Below are positions 9,451 to 18,039 of a DNA stretch of 64,000 bases, in pieces. Source of the stretch: Acidimicrobiia bacterium (lineage in GTDB: Bacteria; Actinomycetota; Acidimicrobiia; Spongiisociales; ZC4RG35); the NCBI GenBank assembly GCA_035513335.1, contig DATKCE010000031.1:20971-84970 (forward strand). The letters run 5' to 3'. Every line of letters begins with the position of its first letter. Within the stretch, counting starts at the first letter, position 1. The notes below the pieces were generated by a model. The model was given only the letters and a program-made list of their open reading frames with translations, ran no database searches and had not been told where the DNA came from. The translations under genes were made by a program, and so were the position numbers.

Positions 9451-9484
9451 CAGCTGCGGGCCGACCGGCGTCTGTTCTGGGGGG
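9451..9484. repeat. downstream copy of the imperfect direct repeat flanking dnaE2
   Basis: CAGCTGCGGGCCGACCGGCGTCTGTT followed by CTGGGGGG (G6), starting 37 bp after the dnaE2 stop. Confidence 0.6.
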
Positions 9485-9579
9485 TGATCTCAGATTGCTA
9501 TGACGCTGTCTCGGTGTGAATGCCCGGCAGCATCCAGGCTGAGGGTCTGGCAGGCAAGCGCCAGAAGTCGGCCCGCCAT

Positions 9580-10200
9580 CTAACGACAGTTGAAGATGTC
9601 CCAACCGCCCCCGTGGTAGACCTCCCACGCCGCGGCGGCGGTCGATGCCTCCGGGTCGATGGCATCGATGCCCCCGAACCCGGCCTTGGCGGCCCTCTCG
9701 TCCCAATAGCGTGGGAGATGGTTGTACAAGCCCACCCCGCCGGTGCGGGCATCGACGGCGTCGGGGTCGAAGCGTGACTCGCACCAGGCGATGCGCACGG
9801 CGCGGTTCACGTCCTGGGGCTCGAAGTAGAGACTGGCCAGGGCCCGGACCTCGACCTCCGACAGCCAACCGACGGTTGGTGACGTGATGGGGGTGGAGGA
9901 CGACTCCGCTTCCTCGTCCACGACGACGCTCTCGGCTTGGGAGTCGGCCGTGTCAGCGGACTCTGCGGTGATGGCCACCGCGGCAGTGGTTCCGTCATCG
10001 CCGAGCAATGCGAAGTTGAGCCCTGCATAGGCACCGGCGGTGTGTCCGATGGCGGCGGCCACAGCATCGGCCTGCACCTCGTCGGGATCGGCTCCAGAGG
10101 TACCGAACGCGGCAAAGCCGGCGATGGCCAGCAGTGCGACGGCTGCCCACCCAGCGACAAATGAGAGACGTTTAGAGCGCATCCAGTTTCTTGACTCCAT
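9580..10200 (-). CDS. secreted transglycosylase-like (lysozyme-like SLT domain) protein
   Basis: N-terminal signal anchor; C-terminal IAWCESRFDPDAV ... GLYNHLPRYW resembles SLT/lytic transglycosylase folds. Ala/Thr/Asp-rich linker. Confidence 0.55.
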   Translation of the reverse strand: MESRNWMRSKRLSFVAGWAAVALLAIAGFAAFGTSGADPDEVQADAVAAAIGHTAGAYAGLNFALLGDDGTTAAVAITAESADTADSQAESVVVDEEAESSSTPITSPTVGWLSEVEVRALASLYFEPQDVNRAVRIAWCESRFDPDAVDARTGGVGLYNHLPRYWDERAAKAGFGGIDAIDPEASTAAAAWEVYHGGGWDIFNCR

Positions 10201-10272
10201 GTGGGTCGGGGACCCACATCCAGGGGGTTAGACCCTACCGAACTGTGGATAACTATGCATCCGCGATCCGGT

Positions 10273-11409
10273 TCAGACGGTTTTCAGCGCCGAGCCCATG
10301 CGCTCCACGATATCGACCAAGATCCCGGTCTCGGTGGCGAAGTTGAGCCGGACGTGCTGGTCGCCGCCACCGCGAAAATGGGCCCCGGCGCTCGTGGCGA
10401 CCCGAGCCCTGTCGACCAGGAAGCGGTAGGGATCGTCGAGCCCATATTCCTCCATGTCGAGCCAGGCGAGATAGGTCCCCTCCGGCGGGGTGAAGCCGGC
10501 TCGGGGGAGATGTTCGGCCACCAGCGCGCTGAGCAGGTCCCGGTTGGCCGCAAGCCGTTTCCTGACCTCCTCAAACCACTCCCGTCCCTTCGAGTAGGCC
10601 GCTTCGGTGGCGATGAGCCCGAATGTCCCTACCCCGACCATGTGGGGGGCGAAGTAGTCCTTCCATGCCTCGCGGTCGGCTTCGTTGGTGAGCACCACCT
10701 GGGCGCACTTGAGTCCCGGCAGGTTCCATGCCTTCGATGCGGCCGTGACCGTGACGGTGTTGGCTGCGTCGAGCAAGGCGACGGGGACGTGGGTCCGGTC
10801 ATAGGTGATGGCGCCGTGGATCTCGTCGGCGATGAACCGGGCGTCGTGTTTCGCCGCCAGCGAGAGCACATCCTCGAGCTCTTCCCGGGTCAGCACCCGA
10901 CCCGTCGGATTCCAAGGATTGCATATGACGACCGACCCGGCACCGGCTTCGAAACCTCGCTCGATCGCACCCAGATCGATGGTGTAGCGCCCGTTCTCGT
11001 CGACCCGGCTCGGGGCCTCGATGATCTCGCGACCGGCCCGTTCGACCATCGAGAAGAAGGGGAAGTAGACCGGTGTGTGTAAAACCACCGGCGACCCGGG
11101 CCGGGTCAGGTGGACGATCGCCCTCCTGATCCCCTCGATCACGTCGGGGGCGGGTAACACCCAGGTGGGGTCGACCGTCCAGTGGAACCAGTCGGACCAG
11201 AAGTCGACGGCTGCCTCGGCCATCGACTCCTCGGCATCCGGGTACGGATAGCCGGTGATGCCATCGTCCACCGCCCGGTGGAGTGCCTCGCTCACCGCCG
11301 GTGCCAGGCCGAAGTCCATCTCCGCTACCCAGGCGGGAAGGACGTCCTCGTCGTAGTAGGTCCACTTGAGACCTCCGATCCGACGAAGACGATCACTCAT
11401 CGTGCTCAT
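10273..11409 (-). CDS. MalY/PatB-family PLP-dependent C-S lyase (cystathionine beta-lyase-like aminotransferase)
   Basis: aminotransferase class I/II fold; PLP-lysine region TVTAASKAWNLPGLKCAQV; 378 aa. Confidence 0.85.
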   Translation of the reverse strand: MSTMSDRLRRIGGLKWTYYDEDVLPAWVAEMDFGLAPAVSEALHRAVDDGITGYPYPDAEESMAEAAVDFWSDWFHWTVDPTWVLPAPDVIEGIRRAIVHLTRPGSPVVLHTPVYFPFFSMVERAGREIIEAPSRVDENGRYTIDLGAIERGFEAGAGSVVICNPWNPTGRVLTREELEDVLSLAAKHDARFIADEIHGAITYDRTHVPVALLDAANTVTVTAASKAWNLPGLKCAQVVLTNEADREAWKDYFAPHMVGVGTFGLIATEAAYSKGREWFEEVRKRLAANRDLLSALVAEHLPRAGFTPPEGTYLAWLDMEEYGLDDPYRFLVDRARVATSAGAHFRGGGDQHVRLNFATETGILVDIVERMGSALKTV

Positions 11410-12487
11410 CCCGCGACCCTATGCGATCCACCACCCAAGACCACTCGGCTCTTTCCGGGTCGAGCAGCGAGAAGTGGTCACACGAGGTGTGGTGATGCTC
11501 GATCCCTTGACGTGCGGCGAAGGCCACGGACCTCGCCACCGGGACGATCTGGTCGTCGTCACCGTGGACCAGGACCGTCTCTACCCCCGCCGGGTCGGGT
11601 TCGGGGGGTGCTCCCTGCCCCAGCATCTCCTGACACTGCACGGCTCCCACGTCTCCGGCCTCCACGGCGGCGGTGAGGGAGAGAAGAGGGCCCAGGGCGA
11701 TGTGGACGTCGACCGGCACCCGTGCTCGTGCCGCCGCCCACATCAGCAGGTAGGCACCAGCCGAGTGACCCACCAGGATCAGGCGGCGCAGGTCGGTCTG
11801 CAGTCGCGGCGCGGAGTCGAGGGCGGTCAGGACGTCGTGACCCGACCCTGGCCAGCCGCCGCCGTCTCCCAGTCTGCGGTACTCGATGTTCCAGGTGCTG
11901 TATCCCCGCCGGGTCAGATCCACGGCGAGACTCTCGGTGAGGTCTCTGGCGAACTCGTGCTTCCACACACCTCCGTGGGCGAGCACTACGAGATCGTCCC
12001 CTCCCCGGCGGAAATCCCCGATGTTGTCGTGATGCGGCCCGTATCGCACCGTCTCGAAGGCTCCTGCCGCCCGGTTGACCAGATGCCGGATGGCGGCCCG
12101 ATAGCCGGCAAACCCCCGCCCGTAGATGCAGAGGTCGCAGACGTCGGTCACGAACGACACCGCTCGCCACGGTTCACGCCGGCGGATGTTCGAGATGTGC
12201 ACCTCCACGACCGGTGCGCTCACCGCGGCGATGGCGTCGGCGATGGCGCGCGAGGTGTGGGTGAAGGCGCCGGGGTTGATGACGATGCCGTCACCGTCGA
12301 AGGAGTGGATGGCCTCGATGATGTGCTCCTCGCCGTTGGATTGCATCGTGTCGATCCGCGCTCCCATCTCCTCTCCCCACTTCGCTATCTGATCTTCCAG
12401 CTCGGCCAGAGTGGTGGACCCGTAGACCTCGGGTTGGCGGGTTCCCAACAGGTTGAGGTTGGGGCCGTTGATTGCCAGGAGACGCAT
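11393..12487 (-). CDS. aroQ: fusion of type II 3-dehydroquinate dehydratase with an alpha/beta-hydrolase (esterase-like) domain
   Basis: N-terminal ~145 aa match AroQ (MRLLAINGPNLNLLGTRQPEVYG, GIVINPGAFTHTS, VEVHISN). C-terminal ~210 aa carry HGGVW and GHSAGA esterase motifs. Confidence 0.75.
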   Translation of the reverse strand: MRLLAINGPNLNLLGTRQPEVYGSTTLAELEDQIAKWGEEMGARIDTMQSNGEEHIIEAIHSFDGDGIVINPGAFTHTSRAIADAIAAVSAPVVEVHISNIRRREPWRAVSFVTDVCDLCIYGRGFAGYRAAIRHLVNRAAGAFETVRYGPHHDNIGDFRRGGDDLVVLAHGGVWKHEFARDLTESLAVDLTRRGYSTWNIEYRRLGDGGGWPGSGHDVLTALDSAPRLQTDLRRLILVGHSAGAYLLMWAAARARVPVDVHIALGPLLSLTAAVEAGDVGAVQCQEMLGQGAPPEPDPAGVETVLVHGDDDQIVPVARSVAFAARQGIEHHHTSCDHFSLLDPERAEWSWVVDRIGSRDEHDE

Positions 12488-13248
12488 CAGGCCACCTCGG
12501 AGAGATGCTCGGCGACGAGTCGCTCGGCGTGATGGGCGATCTCCGGGGGGAGCTCGGCTTCGACCACGGAGAACCTGCGCCGGAACCGGTCCTCGATGCT
12601 CTCCATGACCAGCTCAGGGGTGAGGCCGGGGGAGCGGTCGGCCAGGGAGCCCGCGGTGCGGGGATCCCAGTCGAGGCCGAGCGCCCGGTAGACGGGGATC
12701 AAAACGTCGCGGATCCTGTCACCGTCGTCGACGACCACGACACCGCCGATGTGCGCCGCTCTCCTGACCAGACGCTGACCCAAACCCATCACCTTCACCT
12801 TCCCGCCAACGTTCACCGACCACCGGCCGGGGCAGTATTCGCCGGGGAGTTCACCGATTCTGGCGTCGATCCCGAGCGACTCGAAGGCCTCGGCCATCAA
12901 GGTGGCGACCATCTCGAAGCGATCGTGGATCCTGGTCTTCGGATCGGCCTCGGGGAGAGCCAGGGAGAAGGCGATGGTCAACTCATGGAACACCGCGGCC
13001 CGTCCCCCGGCCAGGCGCTCCACGGCGGCGAAGCCATGGGCCCGGGCGGCCCTGACCGCGGTGTCGTAGCCGGGGGTGACCCGATCGGCGCGGCCGAAGG
13101 CCACCATCGCTCCGGAGACGTGGAGGCGGAGCGTGGGGCCCATCTCCCGGGCCGAGACCGCAGCCAGGATCGAATGACTCAACGCCACGTCCATGGGCCC
13201 CTGGCGGCTCTCGCGGATCAAAGCGAGCGAATTCACCGGATTCAGCAT
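12487..13248 (-). CDS. lipoate/biotin protein ligase family protein (BPL/LPL catalytic domain)
   Basis: 253-aa ORF with LplA/LipB-like catalytic-domain fold; start overlaps the aroQ-fusion stop by 1 nt. Confidence 0.65.
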   Translation of the reverse strand: MLNPVNSLALIRESRQGPMDVALSHSILAAVSAREMGPTLRLHVSGAMVAFGRADRVTPGYDTAVRAARAHGFAAVERLAGGRAAVFHELTIAFSLALPEADPKTRIHDRFEMVATLMAEAFESLGIDARIGELPGEYCPGRWSVNVGGKVKVMGLGQRLVRRAAHIGGVVVVDDGDRIRDVLIPVYRALGLDWDPRTAGSLADRSPGLTPELVMESIEDRFRRRFSVVEAELPPEIAHHAERLVAEHLSEVA

Positions 13249-13333
13249 ACGGAGGGGGACAATGAATCATTGGGCACGACCCCCTGGAACGGAGACTACG
13301 TGTCGAGTCGTTGTGTGTTTGTGACAGATCGGT

Positions 13334-14110
13334 GTGAGATTGGGCTCTGAGACGCCCTCGAGGCTCTTCCCGGTGCTCTCGATGGCGCTCGCCGCCGCCC
13401 TGGTTGCGTGTGGCGGCTCTCCGCTGGAGTCGATCGGTCTGCGCAGCTCGGAGTGGATCAACGAGCCCACGGTCCCGACGACGGTCCCGGTCGTCACCAC
13501 CACGCCTACGGTGGTGGCGATCGATCGGCTGCAGTGGGCCAACGACGACATCGACACCGAGAACCTCGGAGATCACACCGCCCTGCTCGCAGAGGTTTTC
13601 TCCCGGCGTGAGGGCGATCGCTTCATCCAGGCCAGCCGCTACGAGATCGCCGTGGTGCTTCCGGAGCTGACCTTCCCCGACAGGGCTCCCAACGGGGCGG
13701 AATGGGTCTCGTCACAGCTGGTGTTCGATAACGACGGGTCCCTTGCGGACGACCCGACCGCCGCTTTCGGCATCTGGTCGGCCGAGCCCTACTCCCGTTC
13801 CCGCTCCGTGGCGCAGATGCTGGTCCTCCGGGTGGCAACCGACATCGAGGCGGCGAACCAACTCGCCAGTGGTGAGGGTGACCTGAGTTGTGAGCGGTTC
13901 GCCGACCGGACTGTGGCACAGTGCGAAGTCCTGACGATCGGCGATCGACCCAGCTGGCTGCTCTCTCAAGCGGGTGGTTCGACACTGGTCTGGTACGAGG
14001 GGCCGCATCGTTACGAGCTCTTCGGTCGCTCGTTCGTTCCCTCCGGGGTGCTCCGCGACATAAGTGCCGGCATGGTCCCCTTCGGTTCGATTGTGGGGGA
14101 GGCGTCGTAA
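13334..14110 (+). CDS. putative lipoprotein, function unknown
   Basis: lipobox LVACGG after a hydrophobic stretch; alternative start at 13382 (MALAAAL). Confidence 0.55.
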   Translation: MRLGSETPSRLFPVLSMALAAALVACGGSPLESIGLRSSEWINEPTVPTTVPVVTTTPTVVAIDRLQWANDDIDTENLGDHTALLAEVFSRREGDRFIQASRYEIAVVLPELTFPDRAPNGAEWVSSQLVFDNDGSLADDPTAAFGIWSAEPYSRSRSVAQMLVLRVATDIEAANQLASGEGDLSCERFADRTVAQCEVLTIGDRPSWLLSQAGGSTLVWYEGPHRYELFGRSFVPSGVLRDISAGMVPFGSIVGEAS

Positions 14111-14140
14111 GGTCTAGGGCTCCTCTCCAGGAGACGAGTC

Positions 14141-16033
14141 ATCTTCCACAGTGGTGGCTGGTGGAGCTACCTCAAATACGACGAGGAACAAGACCGGCCT
14201 GACATAGACAGGGACCTGCTGAGACGGGTCTGGGCCTACGGCCGTCCCTACAAGCGCGGGCTGGCCGGGATCCTGGCCACCATCGTCGTCATCTCCACGG
14301 TCTCGGTCATCCCCGCGATCCTGATTCGGGAGCTCCTCGACGTGGCGATAGACGACCGGGACGTTAGGTACCTGACCATCCTGGGCTTGGGCATGGTGGC
14401 GGTCCCCTTGGTGAACGCCGTCGTCGGCATCGTCCAGCGGTGGCTCTCCTCGAAGGTAGGTGAGGGGATCATCTTCGACCTCCGCCGTCAGCTCTACGCC
14501 CAACTGCAGAGGATGTCGCTGCGCTTCTTCACGGCCACCAAGACGGGTGAGCTGATGAACCGGCTCAACTCCGACGTCGTGGGGGCCCAACAGGCGATCA
14601 CGGGCACCTTCGTGACCATCGTCTCCAACGTGGTGTTGGTGACCGTGATCCTCATCGTCATGTTCGGCGAAGAGTGGCGTCTCACTCTCCTCGCCATCGC
14701 CGCGCTGCCCCTGTTCGTGATCCCCGCTCGACGGGTGGCCAAGGTGCTGCGGCGCATAACGCAACAGCAGATGGAGCACGAGGCGCGGATGTCGGGGATC
14801 CTTCAAGAGTCGTTCAACGTCTCCGGTGCCCAGCTGATCAGGCTGTTCGGCCGCTGGGACGAGGAGATGGCCCGATTCTCGAACGCCGCCGACAGCGTCC
14901 GCGACTACGGGATCAGGCGAGCCACGGTGGGACGAGGGTTCTTCGCCGCCCTCGGCCTGGTTTCCGCCGTTGGCACGGCCGCCGTGTTCTGGGTCGGAGG
15001 TCTGATGGTCATCGACGGTGACATCTCGAAAGGGACGATCGTGATGTTCGCCACTCTGCTGACCCAGCTCTACGGGCCTCTGTCGGCCATAACCAACTCC
15101 AGAGTCGAGTTCGCCACCTCCCTGGTGTCCTTCGAGCGGGTGTTCGAGGTCCTCGACCTCGACACCGACATCGCCGTTCCGGCCGAGCCCGAGCCACTGA
15201 GCGGCTCGGGCCGGGTGGAATTCGATCGCGTCTCCTTCCGCTATCGGGGTGACGGCCCTGAGGGCTTGGAGGCGGTGCAGAGGTTCAGCTGGCACTCCCG
15301 TGGGGAGGGCCCGGGGGTTGTTCCGCAGCGGTCGTCGCGAGATTGGGCGCTCGAGGACGTGAGCTTCGTCGCCGAGCCGGGGACCCTGACCGCGCTGGTC
15401 GGGCCTTCGGGCGCAGGCAAGACGACCATCTCGTATCTCGTGCCCCGTCTCTACGACGTGACTCAGGGAAGGGTGCTCATCGATGGGGCCGACGTGCGAG
15501 ACGTGGCACTCGAGGACCTGTCCGCCACGGTAGGAGTGGTCACCCAGGAGACCTACCTCTTTCACGACACCATCGCCGCCAATCTCCGGTACGCGCGCCC
15601 CGATGCCGGCCATGCGGAACTGGTGGCGGCGGCGACTGCGGCCAATATCCATCAGATGATCGAGCGATTGCCCGAAGGCTATGAGACCGTGGTCGGGGAA
15701 CGTGGGTACCGCGTGTCCGGCGGGGAGAAGCAGCGCATCTCCATCGCACGGGTGGTTCTCGCCGACCCGAAAGTCCTCATCCTCGATGAGGCGACCTCAC
15801 ATCTCGATTCGCGTTCGGAGTCGTTGATCCAGGAGGCTCTGGAGGCGCTCATGAGGGGACGGACTTCCATCGTGATCGCCCATCGGCTGTCCACGGTGAG
15901 GGCCGCCGACCAGATCCTGGTCATCGATGAGGGCCGGATCGTCGAGCGGGGCAATCACGAGCAACTGGTGGCGCGCAACGGTCTCTACGCCGAGTTGAGT
16001 CGAACTCAGTTCGCCGGCGGTCTCACCGCCTGA
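14141..16033 (+). CDS. ABC transporter, fused permease/ATP-binding (exporter type)
   Basis: 6-TM exporter domain, then Walker A GPSGAGKTT, ABC signature LSGGEKQR and Walker B ILILDEATS. The track ORF starts at GTG 14342, but the in-frame upstream sequence encodes the expected TM1. No ATG/GTG/TTG exists between the stop at 14108 and 14342, so the 5' end is uncertain. Confidence 0.8.
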   Translation: MFHSGGWWSYLKYDEEQDRPDIDRDLLRRVWAYGRPYKRGLAGILATIVVISTVSVIPAILIRELLDVAIDDRDVRYLTILGLGMVAVPLVNAVVGIVQRWLSSKVGEGIIFDLRRQLYAQLQRMSLRFFTATKTGELMNRLNSDVVGAQQAITGTFVTIVSNVVLVTVILIVMFGEEWRLTLLAIAALPLFVIPARRVAKVLRRITQQQMEHEARMSGILQESFNVSGAQLIRLFGRWDEEMARFSNAADSVRDYGIRRATVGRGFFAALGLVSAVGTAAVFWVGGLMVIDGDISKGTIVMFATLLTQLYGPLSAITNSRVEFATSLVSFERVFEVLDLDTDIAVPAEPEPLSGSGRVEFDRVSFRYRGDGPEGLEAVQRFSWHSRGEGPGVVPQRSSRDWALEDVSFVAEPGTLTALVGPSGAGKTTISYLVPRLYDVTQGRVLIDGADVRDVALEDLSATVGVVTQETYLFHDTIAANLRYARPDAGHAELVAAATAANIHQMIERLPEGYETVVGERGYRVSGGEKQRISIARVVLADPKVLILDEATSHLDSRSESLIQEALEALMRGRTSIVIAHRLSTVRAADQILVIDEGRIVERGNHEQLVARNGLYAELSRTQFAGGLTA

Positions 16034-16540
16034 TCCTGGATCTCCCCGGCGAGGGCCTCGCCCCATCGGTCGATGGAGTCCCAGTCGCGGAAATCGCCCT
16101 CGGGAGCCCGTAGGGCGATCACGATCGCCTTCTCGCCCAGGCTCCGCGACGGCCTGTCGATCTTGCCGGAGAACACCTTGTGATCGCGGGCGCCGGTCAG
16201 TTCGCGAACCTCCAAGGTGTCCACGGGGTGCTCATCCGGCTTGGGCGGATCGCCCACGGGACCGCTGGAGAAGATCCAGCACGGTGGGGGTTGCTCCATG
16301 GCCGCCCTCTCTGGGCCAGCCCCAATGCGTCCGAGGTCCAGCGTCCGGCATATACCGCGCTCCCCAGGACGATTGCGTCGAATCTGTCGAGGTCTCCCAC
16401 ATCGTCGGGTCTCTCCTCGATGGCCGGCAACCGCCCCGGTCCAGGGCGCGGGTGATGCGAGCGGCGATCTCGGCCGTGGCACCGTGCTTGGACCCGGCTG
16501 ACACCAGCACGGTGGCCTGCGCCCCATGTGGAGAGGTCAA
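16006..16540 (-). pseudogene. flavodoxin-like fold protein (NAD(P)H-dependent oxidoreductase family) disrupted by two frameshifts
   Basis: N-terminus in frame A (TVLVSAGSKHGATAEIAARITRAL), middle in frame B (FDAIVLGSAVYAGRW), C-terminus in frame C (CWIFSSGPVGD ... GDFRDWD). Frame switches near 16430 and 16300. Confidence 0.5.
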
Positions 16541-16764
16541 TCGATCCCCCTCCCGGCGTCCGGCTCATTGCCAGAACGTATGGCGCCTCCTATCGAGCCG
16601 GCCACGATGACGGCTCCGAGCAGGATGACGAACACGGGCCCGACGAGGCGGAGGTCGACGGAGGAGATGTCCCACCATCCCAGACCCACTGCGGTCAGGG
16701 CTACCCCGGAGACCGCCAGGATCACGCCCCAGAGAAACGTACCCACATGAAGTCGTTCATTCAT
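16537..16764 (-). CDS. small membrane protein (2 TM), last gene of the PspC/LiaF operon
   Basis: 75 aa, two hydrophobic helices; 8-nt overlap with the upstream LiaF-like gene. Confidence 0.45.
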   Translation of the reverse strand: MNERLHVGTFLWGVILAVSGVALTAVGLGWWDISSVDLRLVGPVFVILLGAVIVAGSIGGAIRSGNEPDAGRGID

Positions 16765-17440
16765 CAGTCACTACCACCTTTCCGGCAAAGACCCTCAGGT
16801 CGAGCCTCAGACCCTCGTTCTCACCGCTGAGCCCGGGTGATCGGTACGACTCGTTGATCCCGACGCCGTCGGTGAATCGTTCGAGGACCTCCACCTGCCC
16901 CGCTCCGACCTGTGTCTCCACGGATACGTCTGCTCCCGCCGGCACCCGGACGATCAGCTCGCCCATTCCGACACTTGCGCTCAGACCGGCGGGAACGTCG
17001 ACATCGTCGATCTGTCGCAGGTCGAGGGTCAGCTTCCCCATGGCGAGGTTGTAGTCGGCACGGATGTCGTCCACCGAGGTGATCTCCACCGTTCGGTCTC
17101 CGATGCCGCCCTGGAACCCCTCGAACGGGGCGGCGGCGGTCAAGAGGGTGACCAGCCCGAGAATCGTTCCGAAGACGATCAACCCGCCCTGGGCCCCCTG
17201 GCGGGCGAGGAGCATCAGAGCCAGTCCCGCCACCGTGGTGGCGATTCCGAGGACCGCGGTGACGCTGAGATCGATCAGCGCAATGCGCTCCAACAGCCAG
17301 AGGACGCCGATCAGGACCAGGATCCCGCCACCCAAGATCTGTGGGAGCTGCCGGCCCGGTCTCTCAGATGACGTGGGCCCGGCTGGGGGCTTGTCAACGA
17401 GTGTCACGATTGATACCTCCCAGAACCAATGCCAGACCAC
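16757..17440 (-). CDS. LiaF-like / DUF4097-type cell-wall-active-antibiotic response protein
   Basis: N-terminal TM helices then a beta-rich C-terminal domain (repetitive VxVxxGxG pattern) typical of LiaF/toastrack; overlaps the PspC gene end. Confidence 0.65.
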   Translation of the reverse strand: MVWHWFWEVSIVTLVDKPPAGPTSSERPGRQLPQILGGGILVLIGVLWLLERIALIDLSVTAVLGIATTVAGLALMLLARQGAQGGLIVFGTILGLVTLLTAAAPFEGFQGGIGDRTVEITSVDDIRADYNLAMGKLTLDLRQIDDVDVPAGLSASVGMGELIVRVPAGADVSVETQVGAGQVEVLERFTDGVGINESYRSPGLSGENEGLRLDLRVFAGKVVVTDE

Positions 17441-17864
17441 CGATGACGAGGATGGCCGGCCAGAAGTACTGTCCCAGCCAAGGCGCCATGGTGTTCACGA
17501 GGGCGATGGTGCCCACGAACATCAGGACGATCCCGATCACGACGGCCCCGCTCACTTGTGCGGCCGGCGCCGGATTGACGGACTCACCGGCGGGCTGCTC
17601 GGGAACGATCAGCCACATCAGCAGATAGATCAGAACGCCCGACCCACCGCCGAATGCCAGCACCACGAATCCGATCCGAAACCAGACCGGGTCCAATGCG
17701 AAGTAGTCGCCCAACCCGCCACATACCCCGGCGATGACCTTCTGTTCTCTGCTTCGATAGAGACGTGGCTGTGACTCGGTGGCGGCTACTTCGCCGGTCT
17801 CGACCGGCTCAGACGTTGTCGGCATGAGTGGACTCCTTTCGATGTCCGGCACAGCGGAGGCCAA
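17394..17864 (-). CDS. PspC domain-containing membrane protein
   Basis: PspC motif LYRSREQKVIAGVCGGLGDYFALDPVWFRIGFVVLAF followed by TM helices. Confidence 0.8.
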   Translation of the reverse strand: MASAVPDIERSPLMPTTSEPVETGEVAATESQPRLYRSREQKVIAGVCGGLGDYFALDPVWFRIGFVVLAFGGGSGVLIYLLMWLIVPEQPAGESVNPAPAAQVSGAVVIGIVLMFVGTIALVNTMAPWLGQYFWPAILVIGGLALVLGGINRDTR

Positions 17865-18039
17865 ACCTCCAACTCACCGTCACCCCTGATTGGACCGGCT
17901 TTGCCGCGCCAGGGACAGGGCCATTGGTCATCATCGGTGGGGCCCAACGAGGGGGCTCGGCGCTGGAGGGTCATAACCGGTGCCGAGACCAGGATGAACG
18001 GCTCCGGGAGCGACGTGGCGAAGGCCAGCACCAGAGTCC

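Noticed and set aside
9415-9580. Convergent intergenic region after dnaE2 as a tRNA or terminator
   Set aside because: No cloverleaf-compatible sequence and no stem plus U-tract could be found. The notable content is the flanking direct repeat, reported separately.
17865-18039. DosR-box-like motif GGGACAGGGCCATTGGTCATC between pfk and pspC
   Set aside because: Only one half-site resembles GGGAC; the partner half (GTCCC) is absent. It is not a convincing palindrome.
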